Positions 36,680-49,078 of a stretch of DNA of 49,078 nucleotides are shown here, piece by piece. The stretch is from Octopus bimaculoides (taxonomy: Eukaryota). The position numbers and the translations under genes were made by a program. Every line of letters starts with the position of its first letter. Position 1 is the first letter of the stretch. The notes under the pieces were generated by a model. The model saw nothing but the letters and a program-made list of their open reading frames with translations. It had not been told where the DNA came from and ran no database searches. The DNA lies in the NCBI RefSeq assembly GCF_001194135.2, contig NC_068981.1, positions 19,032,839-19,081,916 on the forward strand, read 5' to 3'.

Positions 36680-36948
36680 ACACACATTCATACACACGCA
36701 CATTCATACACACGCACTTTCATACACACGCACATTCATACACACACACATTCATACACACATACACGCACATTCATACATACACACATTCATACACACA
36801 CACATTCATACACACACACATTCATACACACATACACGCACATTCATACACACATATTCATACACACATACACGCACATTCATACACACACATTCATACA
36901 CACATACACGCACATTCATACACACATATTCATACACACATACACGCA
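36680..36948. repeat. Minisatellite of CATTCATACAC(A)-based 16-22-bp variant units
   Basis: Direct reading; runs into an N-gap. Confidence 0.9.
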
Positions 36949-37586
36949 NNNNNNNNNNNNNNNNNNNNNNNNNNNNNNNNNNNNNNNNNNNNNNNNNNNN
37001 NNNNNNNNNNNNNNNNNNNNNNNNNNNNNNNNNNNNNNNNNNNNNNNNNNNNNNNNNNNNNNNNNNNNNNNNNNNNNNNNNNNNNNNNNNNNNNNNNNNN
37101 NNNNNNNNNNNNNNNNNNNNNNNNNNNNNNNNNNNNNNNNNNNNNNNNNNNNNNNNNNNNNNNNNNNNNNNNNNNNNNNNNNNNNNNNNNNNNNNNNNNN
37201 NNNNNNNNNNNNNNNNNNNNNNNNNNNNNNNNNNNNNNNNNNNNNNNNNNNNNNNNNNNNNNNNNNNNNNNNNNNNNNNNNNNNNNNNNNNNNNNNNNNN
37301 NNNNNNNNNNNNNNNNNNNNNNNNNNNNNNNNNNNNNNNNNNNNNNNNNNCACACACACACATTCAAACACACACACACACACACACAATTTCTTTATCT
37401 CTCTACAATTTTCAGGAAAGAAGCATAACGATCGAAATTGCAAGAAACTTTAATTTCCAGGAACAGAAATTTATTTCAAATAAATGTTTTAAGTACTTCC
37501 ATAATCTTTTGCTGATAAAATAGATCATTTGTTCATCATACATACATACATACACACATACATACATACATACATACATACATACA

Positions 37587-37783
37587 TAGCGGTAATCTGT
37601 GTTTAAAGGAATTAATTGGATTAAAATAGCTTTAATTGACCTCTGTCTGATATGTATGTATGCATGCGTGTATGTAGGGATATACATATGTATGCACACA
37701 CGCACTCACACATACACACATATTCATACATACATATGAATATATGTGTGTGCTCGAGATGTATGTATGTATGTATTTACTTT
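37587..37783 (+). repeat. ~190-bp dispersed repeat, copy 2
   Basis: Homologous to 35114-35302. Confidence 0.85.
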
Positions 37784-37797
37784 CTTATTTCCTAGCA

Positions 37798-38480
37798 TGT
37801 TTAAACCTCTTCTTCCAGGACCATTGTGAAACCAATAGCATCATCACAGCAGAATAAGTAGTTGGGAAGAAGGAAGTTTGGGGATGTGCCGAGCAATTGT
37901 TAATCGACAAAACTGTGATGTCAGAGGTGTGAGAGTATAGGAGGAACCTAGTTTCAATGTGGCTAGACTACAAGAAAGCCTTTGACTTCATTTTCCACTC
38001 ATGGATGCCAGAAGTCCTTCAGCTTGCTAAAGTTCCAGTGAGAATAGTCAACACCATAGCTGACTGGCTTCATCGTGGACCACTATCTTGAAATTAAACA
38101 CAAAGAGTGACTGTATTATCACCGATAGAATGCAGTATTCCAAATGCATATTCGAAGGGGACAGTCTCTCTGTGCTGTTGTTTATACTTTCTGTAAACCC
38201 CTTGTCATTCATGTTAAGGAAGTCTGAAGGATATCTCACCGGGGTCACAAGAAGTACTCGGTTTCACGGAAAAAGGGCGAAAGAAACCCGCGCGGTTACT
38301 CCAAATCCACTCAATTAGTGGCACAGTGAAGATTTGTAAGATATTCCAAAGATTCTCCATGTGAGATTCTAACACTTGGATGTGTGCATCGACAGTTCAA
38401 CCAACACATCAACTCAACCACATATTCACAAACACCGGGAGCTCTCTTAACTCAAAATGTCTTATTGCTTTGTTAGCAAC
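37798..38480 (+). mobile_element. Internally deleted Dong/R4 LINE (RT core joined to the C-terminus and 3' UTR)
   Basis: GCAEQLLIDK, MWLDYKKAFD, IFEGDSLSVLLFILSVNPLSFML, then directly LQIHSISGTVKICKIF. Confidence 0.8.
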
Positions 38481-38499
38481 CGGTTTGAACGCTTTCAAG

Positions 38500-38700
38500 A
38501 ACTTAAATCAAATGCAAAGAAAACTCACACATACATATAAAAGAAATCAACCAACTTTCATATTACAAATACAATCTGCAAGTGGAACAGTAAAAACATG
38601 CAAGACTTTTCACAAGTTTAAAATGTAACATTGTTTTTGTTATCTGCATTCCGACGACGGAGCTTTGTATCTTTGTTAGAAACTAGCTCTTTCCTCAGAA
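38500..38700 (+). mobile_element. Dong/R4 extreme 3' end
   Basis: LQIQSASGTVKTCKTFHKFKM followed by a UTR homologous to 36250-36440. Confidence 0.6.
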
Positions 38701-39861
38701 GAAGAATTAAAATTATCAAAACAAAATATAGCATACATACACACATATTATGTCTGTGTGTGCGTGTATAATACATAGATATATACACACACACACACAC
38801 ACACATTCAATATGTGTACGATTATGCATACAGTGGATATGTATATTTGATTGTACTGTCATTATATATTAATATATATATATACATATATGAATTTACT
38901 CCAGATGTGTCTATTTTATATACATACATACGTATGAATATGCCACTTTATGATAAGTGAACAGAATACTTTTAACTACGTTACATCTCTTTTGCTATTG
39001 TACTATTAATTGGTTATGTACCAATTATCATTTGTACAGCTGAACATCTTCCTAAGACTAACCATTCAACCATGAACTCGGAATTGGAAGCTGAAGGCTG
39101 TTAATGAATTAACCAAACATGTGCTGGAAGTGATATGTGTCATATTGAAAAAATGGCTGTAGTAAGGGTTGAACTTCAGATTATTATGTTAAGGAACCCA
39201 TCTCCTTAATCTCAAAACTTGTTTTGTCTCATTCACTGATAAAGCTGCAGCGTAGAAAATATAAATATAAAGGATGGTGTTGATCAATTTCTTCTCAGAT
39301 ATACACGCATGCACGCACCCACGCACACACGCACGTACGCACTCACGCACGCACTTACACACACACACACATGGACACACACGCACACACACGCACACAC
39401 ACGAATAGTAGATGCGGTTACTTCTAAAGAAAGAGGAGCCGGTATATGTGCAAAGCTTATATTTTATTGAGGGAATTGAAGGTATACCTTTTCACATTGA
39501 TTGATCTGTTTCATCTTAATACAGAATATATTATTTTAGCGAGAAAACTTCTACGCTGCTATTCCACAAGCTAAAATAGCAACCAAATGTTCCTCAACTC
39601 ACAGGGGAAGGAAGCATTAGATAATATAGTCCTAAGTACATTTCGTCTGAAAGAAACAGGATCAAAATGGTCGTGGCTGGAATGCATCTGATCATAGACT
39701 TGTGGGATCACACTTAACTCTGGATTAAACAGTGTCGACTAGAAGACTTTGATGTTCTGGTTGAAACTATGATCACTTTTTATGTCGCAGACATTGAGGT
39801 TGTTAAACTTTCTTCCTCCTTGATGACTAGAACCATTGTCACTATTATTATACCCCAACGT

Positions 39862-40075
39862 TGTGAGCTGGCTGAATCGTTCACACGCCAAGCAAAGTGC
39901 TTAGCGGCATTTCCTTCATCTTTACGTTCTGTGTTCAAATTCTGCTGGTGTCGACTTTGCCTTTCATTTTTTCGGGGTCGATGACATAAATACCAGTTAC
40001 GCACTGGGGTCGATGTTACCAACTTACCTCCTACTCTAAAATTTCGGACCTTGTGCCTTTAGTAGAGAGGATTAC
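39862..40075 (+). mobile_element. tRNA-derived SINE (same family as 30572-30786)
   Basis: GAGCTGGCTGAATCGTT head, GTGTTCAAATTCT B-box-like, GTCGACTTTGCCTTTCATTTTTTCGGGGTCGAT core. Confidence 0.8.
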
Positions 40076-41699
40076 TATCATACGTTATGTTTGTGTATTT
40101 GGTACACTGGAATTACAAGCAAACTGAGGCCCTGGCAGAAACATTTGGATAAGAAATCGACAAAAGAAATTGACAGGAATTGCATGGAAGACCATTTTAG
40201 TGAAGGTAGTTCATAAAATGTTTAATTAATAAACTCCGAATTATGACATGCTGATGATTTCTAAAAAGAATAAAATAATGCTTTACAGGATTACCACTGA
40301 CTAGAAGAAATTTTAAGAACTTCGTAAGAAGCAACAATCAATAGGTAAATAGACAAATAAATATTGAAATTCTCTGCATGTTTTAGCTAATTTTTGATTT
40401 CACGTTCAAAGTTCTAATCCCACCACTAAATATTATGAAGAAAGGATTACGTCTCCTGTAGGTCGCTAGGTCATTGCTTATAAAGAATTGGGATCTCACA
40501 AGCGTGTACCTATTTTGCCATTACATATGCAGAAAGCATTCTAATACATAATATTGATACCCTTGAACTGATACTAAAACACAATACATTTTAGGGAAGA
40601 GATACAATTGATTTAATTCATACAAATACATAATTGGTACTTATTTGTTTGTAGAAAATACATCACACGGGTGATATTTATATGTGTAATACTGTAAGGA
40701 TTGGAGATATTCATTTCAATACATCAAATGATGATAGTTTGTCCCTGTATTGCCAATGCTGTTGCTTCTGTTATTCCACTGAGCTTGGATTTGTTCATCC
40801 AGTTTAGCTTTGTTGTTTTGCTTTTAATTTATATGTAGGAAATCCCACGCACGGAGGTATTCTCCATGTAAAGGCAGCCTTTATGGTTGTTCACCAGAGT
40901 TGATTTATGTGTCATCATTATGTCCGTTTTTCGTTGTTTTTTTTATATAAACAACTTTACTTGTTTGAAATCTAATCCAATTTCTGGTGAGAATTTTGTT
41001 GCTACGGTGATTATCGATTTTCTCCGTTTTGTATAATCACAATGAAGAAAGGCACGTAGCAGGCATTCTTGCGAGTTGAAAAGACAGTGGGCAACATTAA
41101 TAACTTCGTCTTAACACTACTTGATCCTCAATAGTCCCATATCCCGTTTTGGGATATTCAGTCGACGAGTGTCAGACACTGTAAAATACGTGATGTTTTT
41201 TTTTATTTCTTGTATTAAGGTCTATTGTATATAAGACTTTTAATTTCCAGTCCTATACTAAATAGACATGTTATGGCTCACACTACGGATGTGCTAATGA
41301 TACAAACCTTTTGTCATTGAAACGAATATGATTTTTTTTTTGAGCTATCACAAAATATTCATTTTTTTCATTCTCGTTCACACGATTTTTACATACATAG
41401 CTTATTTCATCTATGACCAAGTATTCATAGGAAGCAGAGCTATTCAGCCGCTGTATTAAATTCCATTTACAGCCACTTGTCACATGCGAGTCAGTGTGTC
41501 TTAGTAGCATGTACCATTTTTTTGCTAATAATTTTAGTTATCTATATAGTTACGAGCAGACACGAACACACTATCTGCGTCCTCACAGTTGACTCAGCGG
41601 AACATTTGGGATATGATAACTGGAGGGACAAATGTTTGCACCAGCAATCGGCTGGTGCGCATTACATGAACCCATGACTAATGGTGACTTTTGTGTGGC

Positions 41700-42650
41700 T
41701 GTACGATATATTGGTCAAACCAGAACAGTGCTCAGTAAAATGTACCAAAACAAAGAACATGCAGTTGAAAATACAGAGTAGAAAGCCTAGTTGTTATATT
41801 TATTGGAGTAATACACACATCAGGACTGAATGCGCTGAACTGGGAAATGTAAGTAAAACTAAGGAAAACTAAAATAATGAAGGGAATAAAAGTTAAATAA
41901 GCACCAGTCTCCAAACTACTGTCATCCAAAATTCTGCAGATAGTGAAAACAAATATCTTTAGACCCAGCATCACAAGTAGTTGAACAAATATCTCATCAC
42001 CTAACTTTTCCAACCTATCGCGCCACACATTTGTCATGCGACAACGAAGAAATAATTACAGAAAAAAAAAAACAAATGGAAGAAAGAAAATCACAGTGAA
42101 AAAAAGCACAACTCTAAGCAACGAAAATAGGTGAAGAGGAACACTTTATTCTAAACGACAATGAAATCTCTCCTCAAGAAAATAACAAAGGTAATGAGGA
42201 GAACGAAGATGAAGTATGATTCACTATTCTTTGATAATCAAACAAACGGTTCATAAACAAAATCATGATCTCTGGTGCCAAACAGTTTCTGAAGAACTTG
42301 TAATGACACATAAATAAGTTCAAAATATAAACCACATGAGAATGAAACATTACTTGTAAAATTAAAATGAAGACATTGTATCGAACATAAAGAAAAACAG
42401 AATTTGCTCAAAATGCTAATGTGTTTCAAGATCAAATATCTCAAAAAAACGTTTAATGGTGCATTCGATTGCACTCAAACACAGTGTGTGAAATGGTTAA
42501 CTGAACAGGGTCGTGGAGTGCCCAACTAAACATAACCACTAATCTTTCGCGTGTCATTTTCTTTAAATTAAATCTTGTTTCCATAATTGTGTTTGATCGT
42601 ATTTCTTTTAATTATATCCGTGAAATATGTTTGCGTATATGGAAGTGTAT
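41700..42650 (+). mobile_element. Decayed gag/ORF1-like element, copy A
   Basis: CYIYWSNTHIRTEC (41792-41833) has CX2CX4HX4C spacing with the second Cys mutated; colinear with 46520-47420; 3' motif GGGTCGTGGAGTGCCC at 42508-42523. Confidence 0.6.
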
Positions 42651-43199
42651 GCATGTGTGCGTGTGTGTGCGTGTGTGAGCGTGCTTGTGTGTGTATGGTA
42701 ACCTTTCTTTGTAAATTCCAGTGAAAATTTCTTACTTTTTTGCATTTTTTGAGCCCTTGTTGCTAGTAATGAATAGATGATTATTATTTGATGAAGACTC
42801 CCGGATTATTTTGCTGGGTCTGATGGAAAGTGCCAGCTGTCCACAGCCAGAAGACTAAGGGGTCACTTGTTTACTTGTCATGCCTCAAGAACCCTGCGTG
42901 TTCTACGTTCACACTTGCACCAATCTTTTTGAGCCATGTTGGTACTTGAGTTTCCAAGTGCACCAAATTATTATTATCATTGTTGTTGTTGTTATTTACT
43001 TTAAATCTGCATGTGTGTCACGATCACTTGCCGAAACATACCCAGCATCCTAGGGCAAATGAAGGATAAGAGATGTTACAGCATGACTGAAAGCTAATGA
43101 AGGGGAAGTGGCAGGGGCAGCAGCGAAATATCTTCATGTAAGACAACACAGACATTTAAATTGACAGGGTTTTTCTAAGGATGTGGGTAGTACTTTTCA

Positions 43200-44345
43200 G
43201 CACAATCTTTTCGATTTCTTTGAGACATGGTTCTCCTGGGATATTATCTAAATATTATTGATATCTCTTTCTTTATCATACCTAAAACAACCAAAATAAC
43301 AGGAACAGTTCTTGCTTTAAGATGCCACATCTTTTGTATTTCAATTTCCAGGTGCTTATATTTACTTAATTTGTCAAATTCCTTTACAAATCTATCTTTA
43401 TCAGTGGAAACATTTACATCTATTAGTCTACGAGTACTTTCTTCCCTGTCTTTATTGACTATGTCTGCTCGATTATCCTGGATCGTTCTGTCGGTGTTGG
43501 CCGGAAAATCCCAGAGGATAGTGACATTTTTACCTTCACCGACTGGCTCAGGATGATGTTCATACGAGTAAGCAGGCATACTGATTTTGTAGTGTTTACA
43601 TATTTTCCAACGTAGATACTGTACTACCCTATCGTGAAAGTTTTTGTATTCGTTTGGTGTCAGCACAGGACACCCCGAGACGAAATGGTCTATTGTTTCG
43701 TCAGTCAAATGTGTCGCAGAATCTGCATTTAGGGTCAGAACCGTTTTGAAGAACGTTAGCCTGGTAAGTTTTGGTAAGAAAACTTTGATCTTGTGACGCT
43801 AATATGAAACCTTCAGTCTCTGTTTTCAGTCCTCGATTTCTCAGTCACTGATAGGTTGTTGTTTGGCCTACCTCAGCATTTTGACTTCGAAGTATATACT
43901 GTTCATGTAGAGGCTTCTTGCTCCACTGTTCCTCAATTTGTTTCTGCCTGTTCTTTTTTGCAGTCTGCTTGATCCGTTTTGCCTTGTTTTGTGGCAGTGG
44001 TTTCAGGTTCTTCATCTAATTCAGGGTTAATACCAAGTTACCTTGCAAATTTGCAAGCTTCCTTGACAATAGAATGTGACTTTTACTGCTTTCGTGTTTG
44101 CACACAAGCCGCAGCATCCAGTCCTCTGTACTAGATAAGTACCTGTTCATTGGTATTGTAGAGGTCTTCTAGCACAATTCTACCAGCATTATTCCTCTTC
44201 CTCCTTTACTTCTAGGTAGGTACAGATGATCAACGTCTGCTTTTGGGTGGTGCATGTTCTTAGATGTTAGTATTTTTCATGTTCTTAGCTGTTAGTGGTT
44301 TTCTTGTCTTCCCGTCCAGTCCTTTCATGAACTTAGTACAATTTA
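43200..44345 (-). mobile_element. Dong/R4-type LINE 3' portion with CCHC and RLE endonuclease
   Basis: HHPKADVDHLYLPRSKGGRG; GLKTETEGF; KCRFC...ETIDHFVSGC; ILWDFP..TDRTIQDNRADIV...IDV...KEFDKLSKYKHLEIEI. Confidence 0.9.
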
Positions 44346-45900
44346 CTAATATAATCTGGAAGGATGGTGCAATACCTAAGGACTGGAAGGATGCAATTAT
44401 TCTTTCTCTTTATAACGGGAAGAGAGCCAGAGCAGAGTATGGCAACTACAGAGGTATTGATCTACTATCAGCTGCTAGCCAGGTTCTGGCAAGTATTCTT
44501 CTTACCCACATGAATAGGTGTCTTGTAAATGATATCCTATCTGAATCTCAATGCGGTTTCCGATCTGGAAGAGGAACGCTGGATATGATTTTCACATCAA
44601 GACAGATATAGAAGAAGTGCTATGAGCAGAATATGGAACTTGTCCGGGTATTCATTTATTTAACTTTGATACTGTGGATACGGCCTCCCTATGGAATATG
44701 CTTGGCAAAGTTAGATATCCGGATCACTTTGTATCAATAATCAAACCATTTCTTGATAGGATGGAGGCTTGAGCCAATGATGGTACTGGCATGTCGGGAC
44801 CCATTCCTGTAGAGAATGGTGTCAAGCAGGTGTCATCCTTGCCCCAACACTCTTTTCTCTGTACTTTTGCTGCTACTCTTATTCATGTTTTTGCTGTGGA
44901 CAGCTCTCCTGGGATATATGTTAGCTATCGATCTTCTGTGTCGATTTGCTTCCAATTCAAAAATTTTCCAGTCTCTTATGCGTGACCTCCTTTATGCAGA
45001 TGATTGTGACTTAGTCACTCATACAGCGGATGATATGCAAATACTTGTGAATCATATTTCTGCTTCTTTTAAAGTATTTGGACTCAGCATTATCCTGGAC
45101 AAGACTGTATCAGGAAACCCGTATGTGGAACCTGCTATCTTGGCTGAAGGAACACTTCTGAAAGTGATAGACAAGTTTGTCTACCTGGGAAGCACACTCA
45201 GCCGTTCTTTCTCCCTGGATGATGCAATATATTTCAGGCTGCAGAGAGCTACTGATTTCTTCAGGTCTCTTGAATCTCGTATCTGGTCTTAACATGGTAT
45301 CACAAGTGAGCAAAAATTGCTGTGTACCGTGAATATGTATTGACATCGATCTTTTACTCAAGTGAGACATGGACCCTTTACAAACGTCATGTAAAGGTAC
45401 CAGAACGCTTCCATCAGAAATGTCTGAGACACATTCTGAATGTTGGCTGGACCTTAAAACTCCTGATAAACAGATCTTGAGGAAAGCCAATATCCTGAGT
45501 ATTGAGGCGATGATGAACAAACACCGGTTACGTTGGACTGGACACTTTATTAGAATGAATGATAGCAGAATCCCTACATAGATACTATATGGGAAACTTG
45601 TTAGGGAAAAGCAACCCCGGCAAAAGCCAAGACCGTGATTTAAGGACTGTTTAAAGTACACATTAAAGGCCTGTGAAATGCGGGAGGCTGACTAGGAGAG
45701 CAATGCTTGTCATCACTAGGGAAGAAGGGAGTCGATAGCTTTGAAAGAGCACGTATTCTTCATGAAGAATTTAAGCGTGCTGCTCGAAAACGCACTACTA
45801 GTGTAATGAATGGGGAAAGCCTGGTCTGCAATGTTTGCAGTCGTGTATATTTGTTCGTTAGCCACCATCGGAGCCGCGAGTGTAAAGTATAAGGTGGTCA
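44346..45900 (+). mobile_element. RTE-clade (BovB-like) LINE, 5'-truncated and decayed
   Basis: IPKDWKDAIILSLY, GNYRGIDLLS, ESQCGFRSGRGTLDMIF, NGVKQ, LLYADDCDL, FVYLGSTLS, LRWTGHFIRMNDSRIP, terminal CNVCSR; followed by a microsatellite tail. Confidence 0.92.
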
Positions 45901-45915
45901 TGAGCGCATTGCATT

Positions 45916-45916
45916 T

Positions 45917-45968
<52 letters not shown>

Positions 45969-46011
45969 GAAGAAGAAGAAGAAGAAGAAGAAGAAGAAGA
46001 AGAAGAAGAAG

Positions 46012-46042
<31 letters not shown>
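45916..46042. repeat. Compound (AGT)n(AGA)n(ACA)n microsatellite at the RTE 3' end
   Basis: Direct reading. Confidence 0.95.
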
Positions 46043-46519
46043 TCACACATAGCAATTCTGACACGACTACAAGAGCCGTATGACAACAAACTTTCTGTCA
46101 ATGGTAAATAGATAGAGAGAATTTTTTGATCCCCTTGCGATTACAAGTAAAGAAATTTAGACGGAAGTATTTTGTACAAACCAACAGAATTCCTTTGCTC
46201 CGGGAGATAATTCATGAAAGGTAAAGAGAAAACTTAGGTGCTTTTCTCTGCGGAAAGATGGAAGCAATCAAGTAACATAAGCACTCCAAGACATACAGGA
46301 GAAATTTTCTAAACTGAAAAGATAAAAGCTATGGTACTATTTGCGATACTGTTAAAACTGAAAACGCAGTTAAAACTCAAGCTGAAATTATGAAACCTTC
46401 CTACATATACATATTTGTGCTTTAATACATGGGTCAGAGAAACAAAGGATTTACAAAATATATGACACTGGACACGAGGTGGGCTCAAGGTTTGTACTGA
46501 CTTTTTGTGGCAGTAATGT

Positions 46520-47420
46520 AAAGGTGGTCAAAGCAAGCCATAAATACACGTAGTGGAAGATGCCAAGATAAAGGGTTTGCGTTTCGTGACACACTGTAAG
46601 CGCATAGGTGTAATATTTTTCAGAGCAGATGACTGAGTGCATCAAGAACTGGGGAAACTAAGTAAAAATAAGGAAAGCTAAAACAATGAAGAATAATATC
46701 AGTAACAAGTAGAACAACACACTATCGTTTCCAGATCACTGCCAGCAAAAATCTAGTGACAGGAAAGAAAATATCTTTAGGCCCAGTATCACAAATAGAT
46801 GAAAATGCATCGCATCTTCTAACAGTACCATCATGTAGTGTCACATTTTCGTCATGCGATGCAAGAGAAATAATAACAAAGGAAAATACGAAGGAAAAAA
46901 AACCATAAAAAATACATAACATAAAACAACGGAAACAAGTCAGGAAAAACATTTTCTTTTAAATGACTATGAAATCCAACCTCAGGAAAACAACAAAGAA
47001 ACAGCAGACGACTATGATGAAACAACATTAAACGTGCTTCGAAAATCAAACAAATGGTTAATAGACAAAATTACGCATCTGTGTTGCCGCTGACTTTTAG
47101 AAGTTGTAATAACACATAAACAGTTGGGTTGAAAATACAAACAAGATGAGAAAGATACATTACTTGTAAAATTAATATGAAGACATTATATTGAACATGC
47201 CCAGGTTGTTAATGTGTTTCATCATCAAATACTTCTAAAAGTGCTTAATGGTGCATTCAGTTGCACCCAAACACAGTTTGAAACTGTTTAAGTGAACGGG
47301 GTCGTGGAGTGCCCAGATCAACTTAACCATGTTTTATTCTTTTAAAATAATATTATGTTTTAATAATTGTTTTACTATATACATATGATTATTTCTGTGC
47401 AAATACATCTACGTGTATGC
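46520..47420 (+). mobile_element. Decayed gag/ORF1-like element, copy B (may begin as early as ~46050)
   Basis: Colinear with copy A; knuckle remnant at 46609-46640; GGGTCGTGGAGTGCCC at 47299-47314; runs into a (TG)n tract like copy A. Confidence 0.6.
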
Positions 47421-47423
47421 ATA

Positions 47424-47483
<60 letters not shown>

Positions 47484-47486
47484 GGT

Positions 47487-47655
47487 GCAGGCGTGGCTGT
47501 GTGGTAAGGAGCTGGCTTCCCAAATACATAGTTCCGCGTTCAGTCCCACTGCGTGGCACTTTGGGCAGGTGTCTTCTACTATAGCCTCGGGTCGACAAAA
47601 GCCCAGTGGGTGGATTGGGTAGATGGAAACTCGAAGAAGCCCGTTGTGTATATGT
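47487..47655 (+). mobile_element. tRNA-derived SINE, 5' half
   Basis: GCAGGCGTGGCTGTGTGGTAAG A-box region and GCGTTCAGTCCC B-box-like; body homologous to 11125-11195 (minus). Confidence 0.85.
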
Positions 47656-47731
47656 GTGTGTGTGTGTGTGTGTCTCTGCGTGCGCGTACGCGCGCGTGTG
47701 GCTGTCTGTGTGTAAGTGTCTTTGAAACACA

Positions 47732-47905
47732 TTTGAAACTTAAGGACACAGGAAATGTGTCAAGGCCGACAGGAAACGGTCCAGCTTCCTAGGGCTAAAT
47801 AGCAGTAGTATGATTCCTTTATTGGGACTGTCACATTAAGTTGACAGTATACAACTGCTTTATCGTAACACTACTGCTTAAGTCTCTCTGTGAGATTTAT
47901 AATTA
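47732..47905 (+). repeat. Third, 5'-truncated member of the hammerhead-repeat family (lacks the ribozyme)
   Basis: TTTGAAACTTAAGGACACAG...TTCCTAGGGCTAAATA...GGGACTGTCACATTAAGTTG...CTTTATCGT...TCTCTCT aligns with 125-298 and 5198-5332. Confidence 0.75.
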
Positions 47906-49078
47906 GACCATTTCTAATTTATATATATATATATACATATATANNNNNNNNNNNNNNNNNNNNNNNNNNNNNNNNNNNNNNNNNNNNNNNNNNNNNNNNN
48001 NNNNNNNNNNNNNNNNNNNNNNNNNNNNNNNNNNNNNNNNNNNNNNNNNNNNTATATATATATATATATATACATATATATACATACACACGCACACACA
48101 TATATATATATATACATATATACATACATGCATACATATATATGTGTGTGTGTGTGTGTGAGTATGTGTCTGTGTATGCATGTGAGTGAGTGTCTATCCA
48201 TTTAAAAAAATTTATTTGTATTGCGTCTTTTGCAGTCTCCATATTTTTGAACATTTTTGTTTTTGTTTTTGTTCTTTTTTTTCCCGAAGCACATTATTTT
48301 CCCTTCGTAACCCCAAATGACAGTTTCGTATTACTGTATCTCTTCAAGCCCTTGCAAATGATCATAGAAATACGTCCATTGATACTGACCTCAATATCTC
48401 GGGCCCTTGTGTCCAATAAAAAGAAATCATTTTGTATAGATGTTGTCGTTCTTGTTGTTGTTCTAATCGCATAGTTGATGGATAACGTCCTCATGGTAAC
48501 TATTATCGTGATAATGTTAATGAAATAGAGGACTAAGATACTGATGAAGGAAAGGAAGAACGTCACGACGACGACGACGACGTCAAATAGGACGAAGGCG
48601 ACAGCAATGACATCGACGACGACGACGACGATGATTGTGCTGTAGTGGTGATGGTGGTGGAGTTGTTGATGATGATAATGCTGATAATGATGGTAATGAT
48701 GATGATGAGCGTTATATTACATACATCATAATTCTGAAATAAGTTCGAGGTTTCTCGATTGGAGTGACATTTCTATAGACACCCACGGATGACTCAAGCT
48801 GTCTATATTGTAAGTGCCACGGTTCGAGAATAGACATTATTATAGGCCAACAGATTAATCATTACATAGCAACAACAACAACTGCCATCGTTACACTATG
48901 TGTGTTGCTTGTGAGAGTGGGTGTCTTTCTGACGATATTTTAGGGAAACAATTTCTATACAGATGATTCATCGCAAGTCTCAGCGATTTAGCGTTGGCAT
49001 TTCGCTGATTAATTAAAAACTGCAATATTTTTATGCATAGCATTACATGCACACGTGCACGCACACACACACACACAC

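Overview
AT-rich, microsatellite-dense eukaryotic DNA with ten N-gaps. The tRNA-derived SINEs, abundant Dong/R4-type LINE debris and repeat load resemble an Octopus/cephalopod genome (inference from memory, not a search). No host gene is confidently recognisable; there is one weak 68-nt exon candidate. The window is mostly decayed transposable elements: an L1/Tx1-clade LINE (~430-4960), a piggyBac (16056-18181), a DD37D/maT mariner remnant, hAT, Tigger-like and fold-back MITEs, an RTE LINE, a Penelope RT fragment, many Dong/R4 fragments and several SINE families. The most notable signal: the L1/Tx1 body lies between two ~235-bp direct repeats (24-262 and 5100-5332). Each carries a decayed copy of the same minimal type I hammerhead ribozyme. 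Their mutations complement to a canonical consensus, TCCAGA-CTGATGA-GGAG-CAATGA-CTCC-GAAA-CTAG-TC-TCTGGA, with a palindromic stem III. The whole unit is bracketed by (TA)n. This is Penelope/retrozyme-type terminal architecture around an L1-type body, but an N-gap (1851-2806) separates its two halves. A second candidate is a two-copy, apparently ORF1-only (HAL1-like) retroelement near 41.7 and 46.5 kb. Identities quoted are estimates by eye.
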